Source: Okamejei kenojei (lineage: Eukaryota). Taken from it: a stretch of 64,000 nt of DNA. Under the pieces are notes generated by a model. The model made no database searches and was not told the origin of the DNA. It saw nothing but the letters and a program-made list of their open reading frames with translations. This document shows positions 10,601 through 22,540 of this stretch, piece by piece. The stretch spans positions 22,568,001 to 22,632,000 of the forward strand of contig CM069138.1 in assembly GCA_035221665.1 (NCBI GenBank), given 5' to 3'. A program made the position numbers and the translations under genes. Positions within the stretch are counted from its first letter, which is position 1, and every line of letters begins with the position of its first letter.

Positions 10601-12316
10601 AGACCCAGGGGCAGTAGCATTGGATGCATTCTCGCTAAATTGGGGTGGTAAATTTGTGAATGTATTTCCCCCATTCTGCCTCATTACTCGATGTGTGGCA
10701 AAAATCCAGCAAGATTCCGCCACTGGTATTTTGGTAGTGCCAGACTGGCCTACTCAGCATTGGTTCCCTCTGGTGCTAGCCTTAATCACACAGCCTTTTA
10801 TGGTAGTGCCCAAGAGCAGAAATCTGCTGGTACACCCAGTGACAGGGGAAAGCCACCCTCTTCATGACCGTATAAATTTGTTGGTTTGCAGATTCTGAGG
10901 AGACCGTTCCTGGGGCTCGGGCTTTCAGAGCGTACCGTTGATGTCATCACTGCGGCCTGGGGGAAGAGCACTCAGAAACAATATATTTCTCACATTAAAA
11001 AATGGGAGATGTACTGTTCCCGCTCTCACATTTCATACCACACAGCTACAATTACTGATGTCCTGGAGTTTCTATCATCACTCTATCACAATAGTAAACT
11101 GAGTTATAGTGCCATTAACAGTGCCCGCAGTGCTCTGTCCAATTATTTACAGTTGGAGTCAGCACATCAGATGGTAGGGTCCCATCGTCTAATAACTAAA
11201 TTTATGAAGGGTGTTTTTAATTCTACTCCACCTAGGCCCAGGTACACTCATATTTGGGATGTCAGCGTGGTCCTCACACTGCTCCGTCAGTGGGCTTCAG
11301 TTTCATCTCTGTCCCTGCACAATCTGACATTAAAAGTAGTTATGCTCATGGCCCTGGCCTCAGTACAACGGGTCCAAACACTTCACAAACTTAGACTGGA
11401 CAGTATGAGTTTGTCCGGCAATAATGTCACCTTTTTCATTAGGGACCTCATTAAACAGAGCAGGCCAGGGGTACTAGGGCTCAAGTTGAGTTTCATGGCA
11501 TATCCCTCAGATCTACGGGTGTGTGTCGTATCATCCATAACCCATTACATTAAGGTCACCTGAGAGGCTCGGAACACTCTTTTTTGGTCAGTCACACTAA
11601 ACCTCACAAACAGGTTATGGTGCAGACCATCTCTAGATGGATCAAAGGTTCTGGCATATGCAGGTGTAGACACTGACATTTTTAAACCTCATTCCACCAG
11701 GGCTGCGTCGACGTCAGCAGCAAGGGACATGGACGTTCCTCGCGACCAAATTCTAGCGGCTGCGGGATGGTCGAATGAGAGGACGTACCAGAGGTTCTAT
11801 AATAAGCCTGTCGCCAGATCCGGTGGTTTTGCTGACTCTGTTTTAAGTTCTGTTTCACAGTTTCCCCCTGGGTGAGAGGGGTCACTGTTTGTTTTTCTTT
11901 TCTGTTATTAAACTGTTACTATTGTTAAACATGTCATGTTTGAATGCATTAATTTTCTCACTCGTCCTTGTCAATTGATGCAGCTGTGACCCGTGGACTC
12001 ATTCCTCGGCATGAAATCACAGACCTTCAAAGACTTCGCGTAGTCACTCACGTGACTCCGAAGTAAAATAGTAAGATTAAATGAGAACTTGCCAGTTCGA
12101 AGTTTGATTGTTATTTTGTGAGGAGTTACGATGAGGGATTACATGCTCTCTGCTCCCTACCCTCATAATTTAACAATCATCTGGTAGTTCTAGTCATTTG
12201 TAATCTTACTATGTTAGTTCAACTGCTGTTATCTGTGACTTCACACCATTGATTTGAAGATTGACGCATATGCGCGGGGACGGCCTTCTTCACGTAATCC
12301 CTCATCGTAACTCCTC
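7662..12316 (+). mobile_element. DIRS retrotransposon, copy 2 (gag, RT-RNaseH-MT, YR; frameshifted; extreme 3' end missing)
   Basis: RT YLDD, RNaseH TDAS/INYLEL/DNTTAVAYIN and MT-like DLFASRLN..DAFS..FPPF in 9321-10898; YR from 10886 (broken at 11563). 5' terminus ttttacttcggagtcac is complementary to the ICR at 12042-12068. Confidence 0.92.
9321..10898 (+). CDS. DIRS RT / RNase H / methyltransferase-like polyprotein (copy 2; N-terminus frameshifted near 9290)
   Basis: 525-aa ORF with LKDAYY, LPNGL, YLDD, YLGF, RNase H and DIRS MT-like motifs. Confidence 0.85.
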   Translation: MTELNTFVQYKLLKMETFVTAKQLLSRVYYIASIELKDAYYSVAIHEQHRHFLKFNWMGQFWQFKALPNGLTLAPRLFTKLLKPVLGLLRAQNHIVMAYLDDILVIGITFELAESSVAATKLVFEKIGLIIHPVKSKLVPSKIIDYLGFTINSEHMSVTLPQGKQLDLIEACRKLIVDNHPSIRHVARVIGKLVAAFPAAQCGPLHYQNLQHVKEQALKLQRGHFDRPMQLSADALTELQWWIANIQCCSGTIIFNAPSIILQTDASTVGWGATDTVSSCGGRWDLQEASMLQSLGINYLELLGALYGLKAFCTDRHHVHVQLQIDNTTAVAYINHMGGSKSVSSDRLSNLRWHWCIARNIWVSAIYLPGRYNTVADTRSREFNDNKEWMLNHEVFNDIVLRYGVPDIDLFASRLNHQLPIYVSWEPDPGAVALDAFSLNWGGKFVNVFPPFCLITRCVAKIQQDSATGILVVPDWPTQHWFPLVLALITQPFMVVPKSRNLLVHPVTGESHPLHDRINLLVCRF

Positions 12317-12620
12317 GTCGATGCAGCCCTGGTAGAATGAGGTTTAAAAATGCCAGTGTCCACTCCTGTAGGTGAGTTGGGATCCAGATCCAAGCGTTGT
12401 GGTTTCAATAGTTTCTCCATCTCGATGTCACAGTGCGTAACTTCTGAGATTGAGTTGCTTAAATTGTTGTGAGGCAAATGAAAAGTTTGAATTTACTTAA
12501 ACTTTATTTAAGCTTTAAGCAACTCATTTTTGTAATACGCATCTTCAAAACCCCTGGAAATTAATGCTGATTTCACAGGCCTCGCGGCCCAAGCACATGC
12601 GCACGCTTCACAAAATTAAC
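12317..12620 (-). mobile_element. Inverted DIRS YR fragment followed by a probable Gypsy gag-start/LTR fragment
   Basis: 12317-12368 is the reverse complement of DIRS YR sequence (GVDTGIFKPHSTRAAST, cf. 11661-11711). 12370-12420 on minus reads MEKLLKPQRLDLDPNSP, resembling Gypsy gag N-termini. Confidence 0.5.
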
Positions 12621-12634
12621 AGTTCTTCTTCCAC

Positions 12635-15600
12635 TTTTCTGTTAAATATTTTTATTGTAGAAACATATTAATAAAAAATACATTATTAGATACATTCATA
12701 ATATTATTAATATTAATATTAAGATTTAAGACTTTATGCTTCTATACACTTTTTTAATTTTTTTTTATAAAGTAGGAAAAAATAGAGAAAAATAATATAG
12801 AAAATAAGGAAGTGAATGGAGTGTTAATCAATAATCCATCATTGGAGATATAAGCACGATTTATTATGTATAATTCTTCATCCATTCTATTATTCAGGCC
12901 TCAGTCAAGCCCTCGCACTGAGCCACTTTGACCCTGTAAATATTCAATATATGGAGACCATATCCCTCTGAAGAGATCCAACCTGTCCATTTGGACAAGC
13001 CCCAATCTCTCCAGATGGAGTGTCTCCGACATTTCTGTATTCCACATTTTGATTGTGGGGGATGTAGGACCTTCCCAGAATTTTAGTATTAATTTTTTCC
13101 CAATTATTAAACCATAATCAATAAAGATTCTTTGATTTGTTGTTATTAATTGGTCTGTTTCCAGTATTCCTAGTATTATTAACTTTGAATCAGGGGTCAG
13201 AGTTATATTGACAACATTCGAAATTATCCAAATATTTCTATCCAAAATTTTGTAATTTTTACACAATTTGTAAATGAGTGTGTCAGATTAGCTAAATGTT
13301 GACATTTATCACATATAGGAGATACTTTTGGAAAGATGTTATGTAGTTTGGATTTTGAATAATGTAGTCTATGTAGTATTTTAAACTGTATAAGAGAGTG
13401 TTTAGCATTTAACGAACAATGGTGTATATGTTGTAAACTTTCGTCCCATACTTCTGGTCTGATAATTTGACCCAATTCGTTTTCCCAAGATTGTCTATAT
13501 ATTTCTGTTGATGGGACATCATTTTCCACTAAGGTGTTATATATATATATATGAAATCATTTTTTCTGTGTTCGGATGTTTATTAGACATTCATCTAACA
13601 TTTCTGTCTTTCTATTTCTAAGTTCCTGTGTGTTTGCTTTTACATAGTCCCAGATTTGTAAATATCTAAAATAATGTTCAGAATGTAGTCCATAAATTTG
13701 TTGTAATTCTTGAAATGAAAGGAAAGAGTTTTCCTTATAGAGATCACCCTTAATAATTCCCTTGTTTTTCCATTGTAAAAAGCCTTTATCCATCATTGAA
13801 GGTTTAAATGTAATGTTATTTACAATGGTAAGGGCTAGTGGTATAGATTTCAGTTTTAATGTTTTCTTTATTTGTTTCCAAATACGTATTCCACTTTCTA
13901 TTATCGGATTTTCACTATACATTTTCTTAGCTAAATTAATATTAGCGAATATTATTAAACTAATTTCAAAAGGAGAACAGTCTTCTTTTTCCATATTTAA
14001 CCAAATTGGTTGGTTATCTGTCTCTTCTAACCAAAAATTCATATTTTTAATATTAACTGCCCAATAATAAAACATAAAATTTGGTAGTGCTAAACCTCAA
14101 TTTATTTTTAATTTACATAAATGTTTTTTATTTATTCTATGGCTCTTATAATCCCAAATAAAGTTAGTAACTAGGGAGTCCACCTTCTTAAAGAAATTTT
14201 TAGGAAGATATATCGGAATTAATTGGAAAAGATATAATAATTGTGGGAGAAAAATCATTTTTATTATATTAATTTTACCTAACATTGAAATAGGTAGAGT
14301 TTTCCAATATAAAATATTCTTATTTAATTTATTCAATAGTGGTGGAAAATTAGATTTAAATAAAGAATCAAATCTTTTTGTTACATAAATTCCAAGATAT
14401 TTAATTTTTTCATTTGTTATCTTAAAAGGAAATTGTTGTAATATGTGTAAGTTATTTACCATTATTGGCATAAGTTCACTTTTATTCCAATTGATACTAT
14501 ATCCTGAAAAAGATCCGAATTCAGTTATTAATTTTAACAAATTTTGGATACTAATTTCTGGTTTTGTGATGTAAAGTAATACATCATCCGCGTATAAGGA
14601 GATTTTATTTTTAGTATCTCTAGTATCATATCCATATATTTCCGGATGTGATCTCACCCTCTGAGCTAACGGTTCTATTGCAAGTGCAAACAGTAGGGGG
14701 GATAAAGGGCAACCTTGTCTACAGCCTCGAGATAAATTGAATTTAGTTGATAACATTTGATTTGTTATTATTCTAGCTGTCGGGTTTGTATATAATAATT
14801 TGATCCAAGTAATGAACTTCTCTCCCAATTTGAAAGTTTCCATAACCGAAAACAAATAGGACCATTCCACCTGATCGAAGGCTTTCTCTGCATCTAACAA
14901 AATAACTAGATCTTTTTTAATACCTCTTTTTGAATATATAATATTGAATAACCGTCTCAAGTTATATGAGGAATATCGTTTTGGAATAAATCCTGTTTGA
15001 TCGGGGTGAATTAATTCATTAATAACTGTGCTTAGCCTTTGTGCTAATATTTTGGTTAATATCTTTTGATCAGTATTTAAAAGAGCTATAGCTCTAAATG
15101 ATCCTGGTTCATCCAGGTCTTTGTTTATTTTAGGTATAAGTGTTATAATAGATTCATTTAACGTTTCTGGTAATTTCTGCTGTGTATATATATATTCATA
15201 TAATGATTTCAGACGTGGTACAATCTGATCATAAAATGTTTTATAGAATTCCGAGCCAATACCATCTGGTCCCGGTGTTTTACCATTTTTTAATGATCTA
15301 ATAGATTCTTGGATTTCTTTTACTGAAATTTCAGCGTTTAATGATTCTCTATTTTGTGAGTCCAACCCTTCAGCTAAAATTTTTTTAAAAATGCTTCTAT
15401 TCCTATCTTATTTTCTGTTGTTTTAGCAGTGTATAAGTTTTTATAGTATTGCATAAATCTCTCGTTAATATCTTTAGGTTGTATTAACAATTCGCCATTA
15501 TGTGATTTAATCCTATGGATTATTTTTTCTGCCTCCATCTTCCTTAGTTGGCGAGCCAATAATTTTTGAGGTTTATCTCCAAATTCAAACTGTAATTGTT

Positions 15601-16165
15601 TAGTATGTTGATAAAGTTTTACAACTTGATCTGTATATATTTTATTTAATTTATATTTCAATGCTGCAATTTTATTATATAATATTATAGATGGATTAGC
15701 TGCATTCTCTATATCTAATTGTTTAATCTCCTTTTCCAGTTCGTGTTGATCCTTTCGATTCTTTTTATTATAAAAATGCTTGGGAGGAAATCATGATTCC
15801 CCCAGAGATATGCTTTAAACGTTTCCCATAATAAGGAACAAGATATTTGTTTCGAAGAAAATCTTAATCTGTTCTGTAATTTCCTGAGTTATTTTATTTT
15901 TTCAAATTTGTGGGTTAAATCTCCACTGTCCCCATTTTTCTGTTTTACCATTTATTTTAATCTTAAATGTTAAAGGTGCATGATCTGAAATTATAATATT
16001 GTGATATTTAGAATTATAAGTGAGTGAAATAAGTTTGGCATCGACCAAAAAATAATCTATTCTTGAGTAGGTTTTATGTACCGACGAATAAAAGGAATAT
16101 TCTCGTCCAGTAGGATTTTCTACTCTCCAAACATCTTTAATATTAGTAGTTTCCATATATGCATT
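12635..16165 (-). mobile_element. L1-clade LINE, 5'-truncated (ORF2 fragments)
   Basis: Minus ORFs with YSRIDYF..SDH (endonuclease end), KTPGPDG, DAEKAFD, GCRQGCPLSP, LYADD, YLGI and a C-terminal Cys-rich region; AATAAA near the 3' end at about 12651-56. Confidence 0.9.
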
Positions 16166-16780
16166 TTATGTCACTAGAATGTGATTTCGATTTTAAACTA
16201 TGAGGCCTCATTTGTTCCCCTCCAATGTACGGAAACAATTCCAAAATCTGTAAAACTTTGGAAAGTGATAACCAGAATATCTTATTTCTATATCTTCAAA
16301 CTGAATGAACCAGGGGCAGAAAACTGGATAAGAAGTGGGGTGAGACAAAGCCTGGCAAGTGATAGGTGGATACTCAAGAGGGAGGTTTTTCTTGGCAGAT
16401 GGATGAGCAGAGGGCAGAGATGAAAAGGAGATATAAGGATGCAAGGTAAGGGAAGACAAAACGCTCTAACATCTTATCTATTTCCTATGCCGTTCCTTTC
16501 AACTCTGTGATGAAGATCATTGGGTCCTCAGGATTTATTCATTTTAGACAATAGACAATAGATAATAGGTGCAGGAGTAAGCCATTCTGCCCTTCGAGCC
16601 AACATCAGATTATCAAGCTAGTAAACCTCTTGGGTGGCGTTTAATATCAGAAGCAAAGATATTTTTTCACTTTTACATGAAGTTATCTAATGACCAAGGA
16701 TGAATGTATTTTGAGTTGAAATGTAAAGTATTTAGCAATCTCAACTTTAGTGCTAATGTAATGACATTTTCCCTTTCAAG

Positions 16781-17125
16781 TTGCAAATCCTCCGATCCTG
16801 ATCCAATTCCAGAGGCTGGAGCGTGTCACTGAGGGTCACACGGCACGGTTATGGTGCTCCATGGAGAACGCTGAAGTGGGAAACACTGACGTCCACTGGT
16901 ACCGAGAACTACCCGGGCAGGACATGGAGTGGGTTTTAACACACGAGGCAGGAGGCAGCGTAAGAAGGAGACCAGGCTTCACTGAGCGGTTCCAGCCGTT
17001 CAAAGACGCCTCCAACAGCAGCTTCATCCTGACGGTTACAAACGTGATGCTCAATGACTCTGCCATCTATTACTGCACAGTGTGGGGAGATATCAGAGGG
17101 AATGGAACCCAGCTCAACGTAACTA
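16781..17125 (+). CDS. Exon V1 of an IgSF receptor: germline-joined V-J type (V-set) Ig domain
   Basis: Acceptor ttttccctttcaAG (16779-80) with branch-like TGCTAAT at 16751; donor A|GTGAGT at 17126; 345 nt, phase 1-1. Translation ANPPILIQFQRLERVTEGHTARLWCSMENAEVGNTDVHWYRELPGQDMEWVLTHEAGGSVRRRPGFTERFQPFKDASNSSFILTVTNVMLNDSAIYYCTVWGDIRGNGTQLNVT has the B-strand Cys, WYR, DSAxYYC and a J-like GxGTxLxV. Confidence 0.93.
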
Positions 17126-17865
17126 GTGAGTGCAAATTATATTTGGTTTTATTCACCTATGTGTAACTATATTGGGTGTAATTCGCTTCCCTTGAATAGG
17201 CAAATGTACCAGGAGTACTGAAAGTTAAAGGAGATCATACTGGAGCCCGGCTTGTGGTCCCTCTCTAATGGTGTGAGCACTGATATGGTAACTGACCTGT
17301 ATGTCAGATATGGGTTGTGGGAAATTAATTTCAATAGGCAGTGTGTTCTTCATTGTGGAGAAAAATAAAAACATTGTTCTATGCTCAGTGTATTAACAGA
17401 GCATTGCTCACAGCTGTTTGAGTTAAGGTACGGGAGAGCAGAACTACAACTTGTCGTGGGTTTAGAGTAACAAATGCTCCTCCTCATTTCAACCAGGAAT
17501 CACTGATACTTCACAGAGCTGAGGCAACATCAATGACCCAGCCAAGGCCAGGGCCCTGTGACCGGCAGAGAAGAAATAGGTTACATGTTAATCACCTGTG
17601 GTCATGCCCTCCCACAGTCTGACCGTTCATTGTTGTCTGGATCTGAGTCTTTGCTCATCTGCATTGCTTTGAAATGGGCCCCTAATACATTTTAAACAGT
17701 GTGTTTAATGGTTGAATTTCCCTCTCAATAAAGATAGACACAAAATGCTGGAATAATGCAGCGGGACAGGTAGCAGCTCTGGAGAGAAGAAATGGGTGAC
17801 GTTTCTTCTTCTGAAGGGTCTCGACCTAAAACACCACCCATTCCTTCTCTCCAGAGATGCTGCCT

Positions 17866-20307
17866 TCTCTGCCATGCTGCAACACGGTATACAGAAGCGT
17901 TCCCATGACAGGTCCTGCCGTGTCCTCCGCCCTCTTCTCCCCGGCCAGGTTGTCCATATGAGCACCTGCTGACGTGCCTGGCCTACAGCGCTTCCTGGGC
18001 ATGGTCAATTACCTGGGGAAGTTCATCCCCGACCTGAGTGAACTGAGCGACCCTCTGAGGGACCTGGTGAAAAAGGACACTGCCTGGGCCTGCTTCCCGC
18101 AACACCAGAAAGCATTTGACGCCCTCAAATCCAAGCTGATCAGCATGCCAACGCTGTAGTACTTCGACCTCCAGCGCCCCATCGTTCTCACATGTGATGC
18201 ATCGAAGTTTGGCCTCGGGGCCGCCTGTCTGCAGATCCATGACGGGATGCAACTGCCTGTGTCATACGCATCCCGCACAATGACGACCGCTGAACAACGC
18301 TATGCCCAGATTGAAAAGGAGCTGCTGGCTGTGGTCTTTGCCTGCTCTAAATTCAAGGACTATATCCTGGGCACCTGCTTCACTGTCGAAACGGACCACC
18401 AGCCTCTGGTCACCATCCTCAACAAGCCAATACACGTGGCCTCCTCCCGGCTCCAGCGCATGATGCTCCAGCTACAACGCTTCACTTTCACAGTGGTTTA
18501 TCGCAAGGGCAAGTTTGTTGCTGACACTCTGTCTCGGGCGCCTCTCTCATCCATAACCCGACATCCGTACGAGGCGTCTGATCTGATAGTCCTGAACGTC
18601 AATTTCGTGCCCTCCGGTCAGTTGAAGTCCCTGGCCAAGCACACGGCGGCTGACGCTTCGTTACAACAGCTGGCCACGATCATCAAGCGGGGCTGGCCAG
18701 ACCGCCGTTCTTCCCTGCCGGCCGCAGCAGTGCCTTACCTGGTCCGTGACGAGTTGGTGCTTCGTGATGGTGTGATTGTGAAGGGGCACAAGGTGGTGGT
18801 GCCCGCAGCACTACGAGAACAATACTTCGAAACTGCTCATCGTGGCCATCCTGCTCAGAGTCAGTTCTTCTGGCCTGACATGCCTCACTAGGGATAGGGT
18901 CTCCGTGTGCCCTACCTGCAACAGCCTCGCTCCGCAGCAACAGCGGCAGCCGCTCCTGCAGCAGCTAGCTGCTAACCTGCCCTGGTCTGCGCTGGCAACC
19001 GACATCTTCGAGTGGCACGGAAAGCACTTCCTGGTGCTTGTCGACTCTTACTCCAGCTGGCTTGAAGTTGACCAGCTACATTCCCTTTCTTCCTCCGCGG
19101 TTATCGAGAAGTTGTGCCGCCACTTTGCCACCTTCGGGTCCCCGGCCAGCCTGCAGTCAGACAACAGCAGCCAGTTCACCAGTGCCGAGTTCCGCATTTT
19201 TGCCGAACGATGGAACTTTCGTCATTACACCAGCAGCCCGGAATACCCGCAGAGCAACGGACTGGCCGAGCGTGCAGTCCGCAGTGCCAAAAGATTGTTA
19301 AACGTTGCCGCCTATCCCGCTCCGACATCTACCTGGCCCTGCTGAATCTCCCGCGACCATGCCCTGGGCTCCCCGGCTCAGCGCCTCATGTCCTGAGTCA
19401 CGCGGCCCACGGTCCCGGGGTCTCAACAGTCCCTGTCCCCCTCCGTCCTTAAACCTGCCTTAGTCCGGAAACGCATTGCCCAGAAACACGGTATACAGAA
19501 GCGTTCCCATGACAGGCCCTGCCGTGACCTCCGCCCTCTTCTCCCCGGCCAGGTTGTCCGTATGAGGTCCATTTCTGGCCGATCCAAGCTGGCCATGGTC
19601 GTCGGTTCTGCCGGCTCCCCTCGTTCGTACCTTGTCAACCACGACGGCAAGGTATACCGCCGGTCCCGCCAGCATCTCCGGCTCGTGAACGAGCCTCTCC
19701 CTCCCCCGGCGGCTCCGTATGCCCCCCCGCTGCCACTTTCGCGGCCTAGTGCCCTGCCCGTTCCTCTGGGGTCCCCCCCTCGTCCTTCTCCTGTCCGTCT
19801 CCCGGCTGTGGTCCCGCTTTCTCCGGCTTCCTCGCCCTTCTCTTCGCCGTCCCCCCCCGATGCCCTCATCGCCCAGGGGTTCTCCTGTCCGCAGCCCCCA
19901 CCATGCCCCGGCGTCGTCCCCGCTTGTTCCCGTCGGGGAAGGAGGTGATGGCGAGGTTCGGACCCGGTCTGGTCGCTTGGTCAGGCCGCCGGTCCGTTAC
20001 GGCGATTACGTGTGATTCTGTACTCCTGTGCCTTACTGTTTGCGTTTACCCTAGCGCCTGAGACGTGGTCGCCCTGTCACTCACTGTTTATTTTTGTAGA
20101 GGAAGGATGGAGATGATATGTGTACACACCTTTAATTGATAGTAACGTCGTTCATGCTAACCCACTCCCCCACCAGTTAGTATAATTGTAACCTACACGC
20201 CCCTAGCTCTCTCTCTGGTGATCGTGACAGACCACGTACAGCTAGGGCAATAATGTGTGATTAATAAAGTAGTGAAGATCTAATGGTATCTGTGAATCTA
20301 CTTTATA
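17866..20307 (+). mobile_element. Gypsy LTR retrotransposon, 3' half (RT end, RNase H, integrase, PPT, ~200-bp 3' LTR)
   Basis: FLGMVNY, TCDAS, YAQIEKELLA, TDHQPL, ADTLSR, VDSYS, SDN, YPQSNGLAER motifs; purine tract agaggaagga before TG at 20108; AATAAA in the LTR. Sits inside a short Penelope-derived repeat (about 17733-17865 and 20308-20380). Confidence 0.88.
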
Positions 20308-20544
20308 CCCATTGAGTTACTCTTGCATTTTGTGTTTATCTTCGGTGTAAACCAGCATCTGCAGTTCCTTCCTACACATTCTCTCTCAATAAAACTGCCC
20401 ATGTTCCAGTGAAGTAGATAACTCATTGTACCCACAGCAGTAAAGGAAAGTCAAGAATCCAACACTTAAGCAGAAGAATAGGTCAGGTGTAAAATAATAC
20501 TCTCCTTCCTTAGAAGGCTTAGAAAGTTTGGTATGTCTGCTATT

Positions 20545-21275
20545 ATCTAAATAGTGTCAAGTTAGGGAAAAAGGGAAGTACAATGTGATTTTGGAGTCCT
20601 TGTTCATCCGTCAATGAAAGTAAGCATGCAGGTACAGCAGGCAGTGAAGAAAGCGAATGGCATGTTGGCCTTCATAACAAGAAGAGTTGAGTATAGGAGC
20701 AAAGAAGTCTTTCTGCAGTTGTACAGGGCCCTAGTGAGACTACATCTGGAGTATTGTGTGCTGATTTAGTCTCCAAATTTGAGAAAAGACATTCTTGCTA
20801 TTGCGGGAGTGCAGCATAGATTCACAAGGTTAATTCCCAGGATGGCGAGACTGTCATTTGCTGAGAGAATGGAGCGGCTGGGATTGTATACTCTGGAATT
20901 TAGAAGAATGAGAGGGGATCTTATTGAAACATATATTATTAAGGGTTTGGACACGCTAGAGGCAGGAAACATGTTCCTGATGTTGGGGGAGTCCAGAACC
21001 AGGGGCCACTGTTTAAGAATAAGGGGCAAGCCGTTTACAACGGAGATGAGGAAACGGAGAGTTGTGAGTGTGGAATTCTCTGCCTCAGAGGGCGGTGGTG
21101 GCCGGTTCTCTGGAAATTATCAAGGGAGAGCTAGATAGGGCTCTTGAAGATAGGGAATGTGGGGAGAAGGCAGGAACGGGGTACTGATTTTGGAAGCTCA
21201 GCCATGATCACATTAAATGGCGGTGCTGGTTTGAAGGGCCGTACGGCCTACTCCTGCACCTATTGTCTATTGTCA
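20545..21275 (+). mobile_element. CR1 LINE 3' fragment with (CTATTGT)n tail
   Basis: RLGLYTLEFRRMRGDLIETY...RTRGH motifs. Confidence 0.85.
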
Positions 21276-21924
21276 GCTAAACGATAGACCAGTCTACGTT
21301 TGGTCTCACCAATGTAAAAGAGTCCACAACTTGAACAACAGTAACAGTAGATTAAGTTGGAGGAGGTGCAAGTGAACCTCTACATAACCTGAATGGACTG
21401 TCAGGGGCCCTGAACAAAGTCGAGGGAGGAGGTATAGGGACAGGTGTTGCATCTCCTACGGTTGCTTCAGCATTTTGTGTCTCTTTGGTATAAACCAGCA
21501 TCAGCAGTTCCTTTCTATACATTGTTGTCAGAAGGCTCAGAAATTGAAAGGAGTTGAATGCAGGCTCACCGAGAAGTACTGAAGAAAACCTAAAATCCAA
21601 ACTAAAATGGAACCGAAAGATATAGACCTGGAACCGAAAGAACTCAGAACTGACAGAATGCAGAACTGATTACTCGGCACCCAATTGGTGATGATCTCAG
21701 GTATTTATACCAAGTGAAAGATTAAGGGAGCAGATTAAATGCAGGTGTAACTCCAAATATCTCAACGGAGGAGTGTGGAAGGAGTCTCAAGTGTCTGAAG
21801 GCATGGCAAATGTGACAATTGTGAAGAATGTCTGATGACAGAATAGCAAAGCAGCTAGTTTCAGGGGGGCTGACTGGGAACAAATGGTCACGGGCTACAG
21901 TAAGCAAGATTCAAAGGCACTCTT

Positions 21925-22540
21925 AGAAACATAGAAAATAGGTGCAGGAGTAGGCCATTCGGCCCTTCGAGCCTGCACCGCCATTCAATATGATCATGGC
22001 TGATCATTCAACTCAGTATCCTGCACCTGCCTTCTCTCCATACCCCCTGATCACTTTAGCCACAAGGGCCACATCTAACTCCCTCTTAAATATAGCCAAT
22101 GAACTGGCCTCATCTACCTTCTGTGGCAGAGAATTCCAGAGACTCACCACTCTCCATGTGAAAAATGTTTTCCTCATCTCGGTCATAAAGGAATTCCCCC
22201 TTATCCTTAAACTGTGACCCCTTGTTCTGGACCTCCCCAATATCGGGAACAATCTTCCTGCATCTAGCCTGTCCAACCCCTTAAGAATTTTGTAAGTTTC
22301 TATAAAATCCCCCCTCAGTCTTCTAAATTCTAGCGAGTACAAGCCAAGTCTATCCAGTCTTTCCTCATGTGAAAGTTCTGACATCCCAGGAATCAGTCTG
22401 GTGAACCTTCTCTGTACCCCCTCTATGGCAAGAATGTCTTTCCTCAGATTTGGAGACCAAAACTGCACACAATACTCCAGGTGTGGTCTCACCAAAACCT
22501 TGTACAACTGCAGTAGAACCTCCTTGCTCCTATACTCTCA
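21925..22540 (-). mobile_element. CR1 LINE 3' fragment
   Basis: ORF 22013-22507 LVRPHLEYCVQFWSP...RGDFIETYK; short AGAAACAT-type tail. Confidence 0.88.

Noticed and set aside
3273-11563. Phage integrase plus DNA adenine methylase suggesting a prophage or contamination
   Set aside because: YR and MT-like domains are standard DIRS components, in the expected order with ITRs and ICR.
16440-16780. Signal-peptide exon immediately upstream of V1
   Set aside because: The ATG-initiated frames I checked stop quickly or lack a hydrophobic core with a phase-1 donor; the leader is probably upstream of the window.
17126-17166. Hydrophobic end of ORF 16861-17166 (ECKLYLVLFTYV) as a membrane anchor; likewise the end of ORF 32732-33139
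   Set aside because: Read-through past strong donors (GTGAGT, GTAAGT), too short for a TM, and not shared between the two copies.
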